Origin: Octopus sinensis
Lineage: Eukaryota
Length of the DNA stretch: 64,000 bases
Direction: 5' to 3'
NCBI RefSeq assembly: GCF_006345805.1
Contig: NC_042997.1
Coordinates: forward strand, 85,622,001-85,686,000
The position numbers were made by a program, and so were the translations under genes. Shown piece by piece: positions 61,229 through 64,000 of the stretch; position 1 is the first letter of the stretch; each line of letters begins with the position of its first letter. The notes beneath the pieces were generated by a model. That model had not been told where the DNA came from and did not search any database. It worked only from the letters and a program-made list of their open reading frames with translations.

Positions 61229-63146
61229 TTATTTATCCCTTGTCACTACTCCTTCCTTTAATTATAGTTTATCAAAATTAATTTTGAAAGCTGTAGATTC
61301 AACCTTACAGCTTTCTTATATAATCACTTTATATGAAATTGTCAATTTCAATGTTATAATTTACAACAATCCAATAAAAGCACAATGTTTATGACTATAT
61401 ATTTCCTTGTACCTGTTACATCAGACATGTATTGTACTCATGTTTTAGTTAACAATTGTAAAATGAATAATTGTATGATTAATTTACATGTTCAGACTTT
61501 AACTCAGAATTTCAATTTCAATACTTCAGTTAACTGAACAAAAACCAGTATTTTTTTTTGTCATAAAACTCAATACATTTTTGCATTATAAAAACATATA
61601 CAATATTAACATTGTTCTGCTCTTTTATATCTTACTTTCTCATTCTCACTCTTACTATATCCAAATCACCTCTCCTCTCATTCTTTATCTGCCATTTCCT
61701 ACTTCAACACAATAATGGCTAATGTCACCTCTAACTGATTGTCACTTGATAAACCATGCTATTTAGAATATTTAATTGCAACAATACAGTCATTTGCAGG
61801 TACTAATAAGGGAAAACGAATTTTAAAAAAGTACATAAGATGTTTGATTATTTAAGTGATCATGTGTTTCTTTCCTTGGTTTTCAGGTTGTTATATTTCT
61901 TTCCTCAAATGGTGTAAGTCTCTAAACTAATTTCCCTCTATTCACAACTTCTTCACACAACTTGTGTTGACTTTGTCATTTACATCAAAATACTTATATA
62001 TACTTATGTACTCCTCTTTGTTTTCATTTTGTTTTCATTTTTTACATTCTCTGAACAACTTGTCTCAGATTTATCATTTGGTCAAAAGATTATATTTCCC
62101 TGTTTGTTTAGCATTTTTTTTTATTATCAACCTTACATAACTTTTACCTATCTTTGTTCATTTTTTTTTTTATGTCTACTCAACAACACCGAGCTGTTGA
62201 CACTGCCTGATTGAACAATATTGTCAGATGCTGAAATTCTGAAGATATTCGGTCAACATCTGTGTGGAAGCTCATCAATGGACTGAACCACATACTGCAT
62301 TACACTCATTCTAAGTGAGATTTGTTTAAGCAGTGATCATGTCTGTGAAATTCTAAGCCACTTATAAATAATTCAATGAGTAAGTAGTTCATTTGGTGAA
62401 ACAAGAAAACTCATTGGCAAAAGTGACAGAGATCCATTTACGACGACAACGACGACGACGATGGATGGAGTCTCACATCATAGACAATGTGTGCGTATTC
62501 AGGCTTTGCTGATTGACCTGCACAAATGATTTGTTTATGGTGATGAAATGTACATACTGTACATCAGCTCACTCCCTCCATCAAATCAACATTGTCTGTA
62601 CAAGTGTACTAGTGTGCCACATATCAGACGTCGAAATAATTGGTGAAATGTTGTCTCATCTGTCTATGATTTTCAGGTGTTTTAACAGCCAGCGCTTTGA
62701 GGGAGGCATCCCCACCATGCTAAATTGCATCCTGGTGAAGAACAAGCAAAGAACATGCTTGAAGAACAAGCAAAGAATATATGGATGGTTGATGATGTTT
62801 ACAACACTAGGACCACTTCTAATTCATATTTGAATATATTCTTATGTATGCACTGTCAGCATATGGTTTTAACATCATTTGTATAGTCATGGACTGGCGA
62901 TTCAGTTCACCTCCAATTTAGTCCAGGTGCATGATGTTGATAAACAGCAAAATGGTGAAACATTGATGTCTATTGTTCTTGAATGAAATTTAGGGAGAGT
63001 TATCACACTTATGTATGACTTTCAGGTGTTTTAACAGCCACTGCTTTCAAAGAGACATCCCCGCCACATTAAATTGCAGCCTACTGGCAAACAAGCAGAG
63101 CATGTATATTTAGTATGTGTAATATATATATATATAGATATATATA

Positions 63147-63183
<37 letters not shown>

Positions 63184-63274
63184 CCATGTGCCTTTACATA
63201 CGTGTGTATGTTTGAGGTGTGTGTGTGTGTGTGTGTGTGTGTGAGTGCATGCGTGTGTGAGTGCGTGTGTGTGT

Positions 63275-63605
63275 GAAGGCACATGGCTCAATGGTTAGAG
63301 CATCGGGCTCACAATCATGAGGTAGTGGGTTCAATTCCCAGACAAGACTGTGTGTTGTATTCTTGAGCAAGACACTTTATTTCACGTTCCTCCAGCTCAC
63401 TCAGCTGTAGAAATGAGTTGCGACATCACTGGTGCCAAGCTGTACCAGCCTTTGCTTTTCCTTTCAATAACATTATTGACATGTAGAGAGGGAGACTGGC
63501 ATGCATGGGTGACTGCTGGTCTTCCATAAATAACCTTGCCCAGACTTGGGCATTGGAGGGGAACTTTCTAGGTGCAATCCCATGGTCATTCATGAATGAA
63601 GGGAG
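63275..63605 (+). mobile_element. SINE family C, full length, tRNA-like head
   Basis: A box tggctcaatgg, B box ggttcaattcc, CORE-like tattcttgagcaagacactttatttc. Confidence 0.85.
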
Positions 63606-63619
63606 TTTTTATCCCCCAC

Positions 63620-63651
<32 letters not shown>

Positions 63652-63879
63652 CACACATACATGCAAATGTATTCTTTTATTGCCTTTAGAGAAAAAGTTG
63701 TGGCCCCATTGAAACCCAACTACTATGGTATGGTTGATTCCATTGACACCCTGGTACTAATTTTATTGACCAGTAATCATATTTAACTTTAATGAAGGAT
63801 GAATGGCTAAATGGGTTTCGACAGTATCTGATCATGGAATGTAAAAAGAAATAATCAAATGCCACATGGTATTTTGTCC

Positions 63880-64000
63880 CCCAATATTGCTATCCACTTG
63901 TCTTTACGGCTGTCTTTACATTCTGAGTTCAAATTCTGCCAAGGTCAACTTTGCCTTTCATCCTTTCGGGGTTGATAAATTAAGTGCCAGTTGTGTACTG
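63880..64000 (+). mobile_element. SINE family A, runs off the window end
   Basis: ttctgagttcaaattctgccaaggtcaactttgcctttcatcctttcgggg. Confidence 0.8.

Noticed and set aside
63278-63345. tRNA gene (also the heads of other SINEs)
   Set aside because: A and B boxes are present but there is no complete cloverleaf, and each continues into a SINE body. Octopus SINEs named OK, OR1 and OR2 exist, but I cannot assign families A, B and C to those names without a search.
3561-63786. Dozens of listed ORFs such as (YI)n, (HT)n, (VC)n, (ER)n, poly-I, poly-D, poly-M, (MYVC)n
   Set aside because: They are translations of AT, CA, GA, TTA, CAT and TATG microsatellites that lack stops by composition; no domain content.

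Overview
AT-rich, microsatellite-dense eukaryotic genomic DNA. The repeat families resemble those of Octopus (coleoid cephalopod); this is inferred from recall, not from a database search. No host protein-coding gene can be identified with confidence, and almost all listed short ORFs are microsatellite or antisense-TE artefacts. Main contents: (1) a young, essentially full-length RTE-clade LINE (~9865-13982, +). Its APE-RT ORF is broken only by three single-base deletions at base runs, it carries a C4HC3 PHD finger inside the RT domain, and it has tandem repeats at both ends. (2) A full-length decayed Tc1 (DD34E) transposon (19514-21062) whose transposase is split by a canonical 118-nt GT-AG intron. 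(3) At least six type-I hammerhead ribozyme motifs in Penelope-like or foldback remnants, including a mirror-image pair in a 573-bp inverted repeat. (4) Several long, near-perfect palindromes. (5) R4/Dong-like LINE, maT, mariner, non-autonomous Helitron and piggyBac-type remnants, plus many tRNA-derived SINEs of three families. A few isolated splice-site pairs hint at a spliced host transcript but are unproven. Many boundaries are read by eye and approximate.
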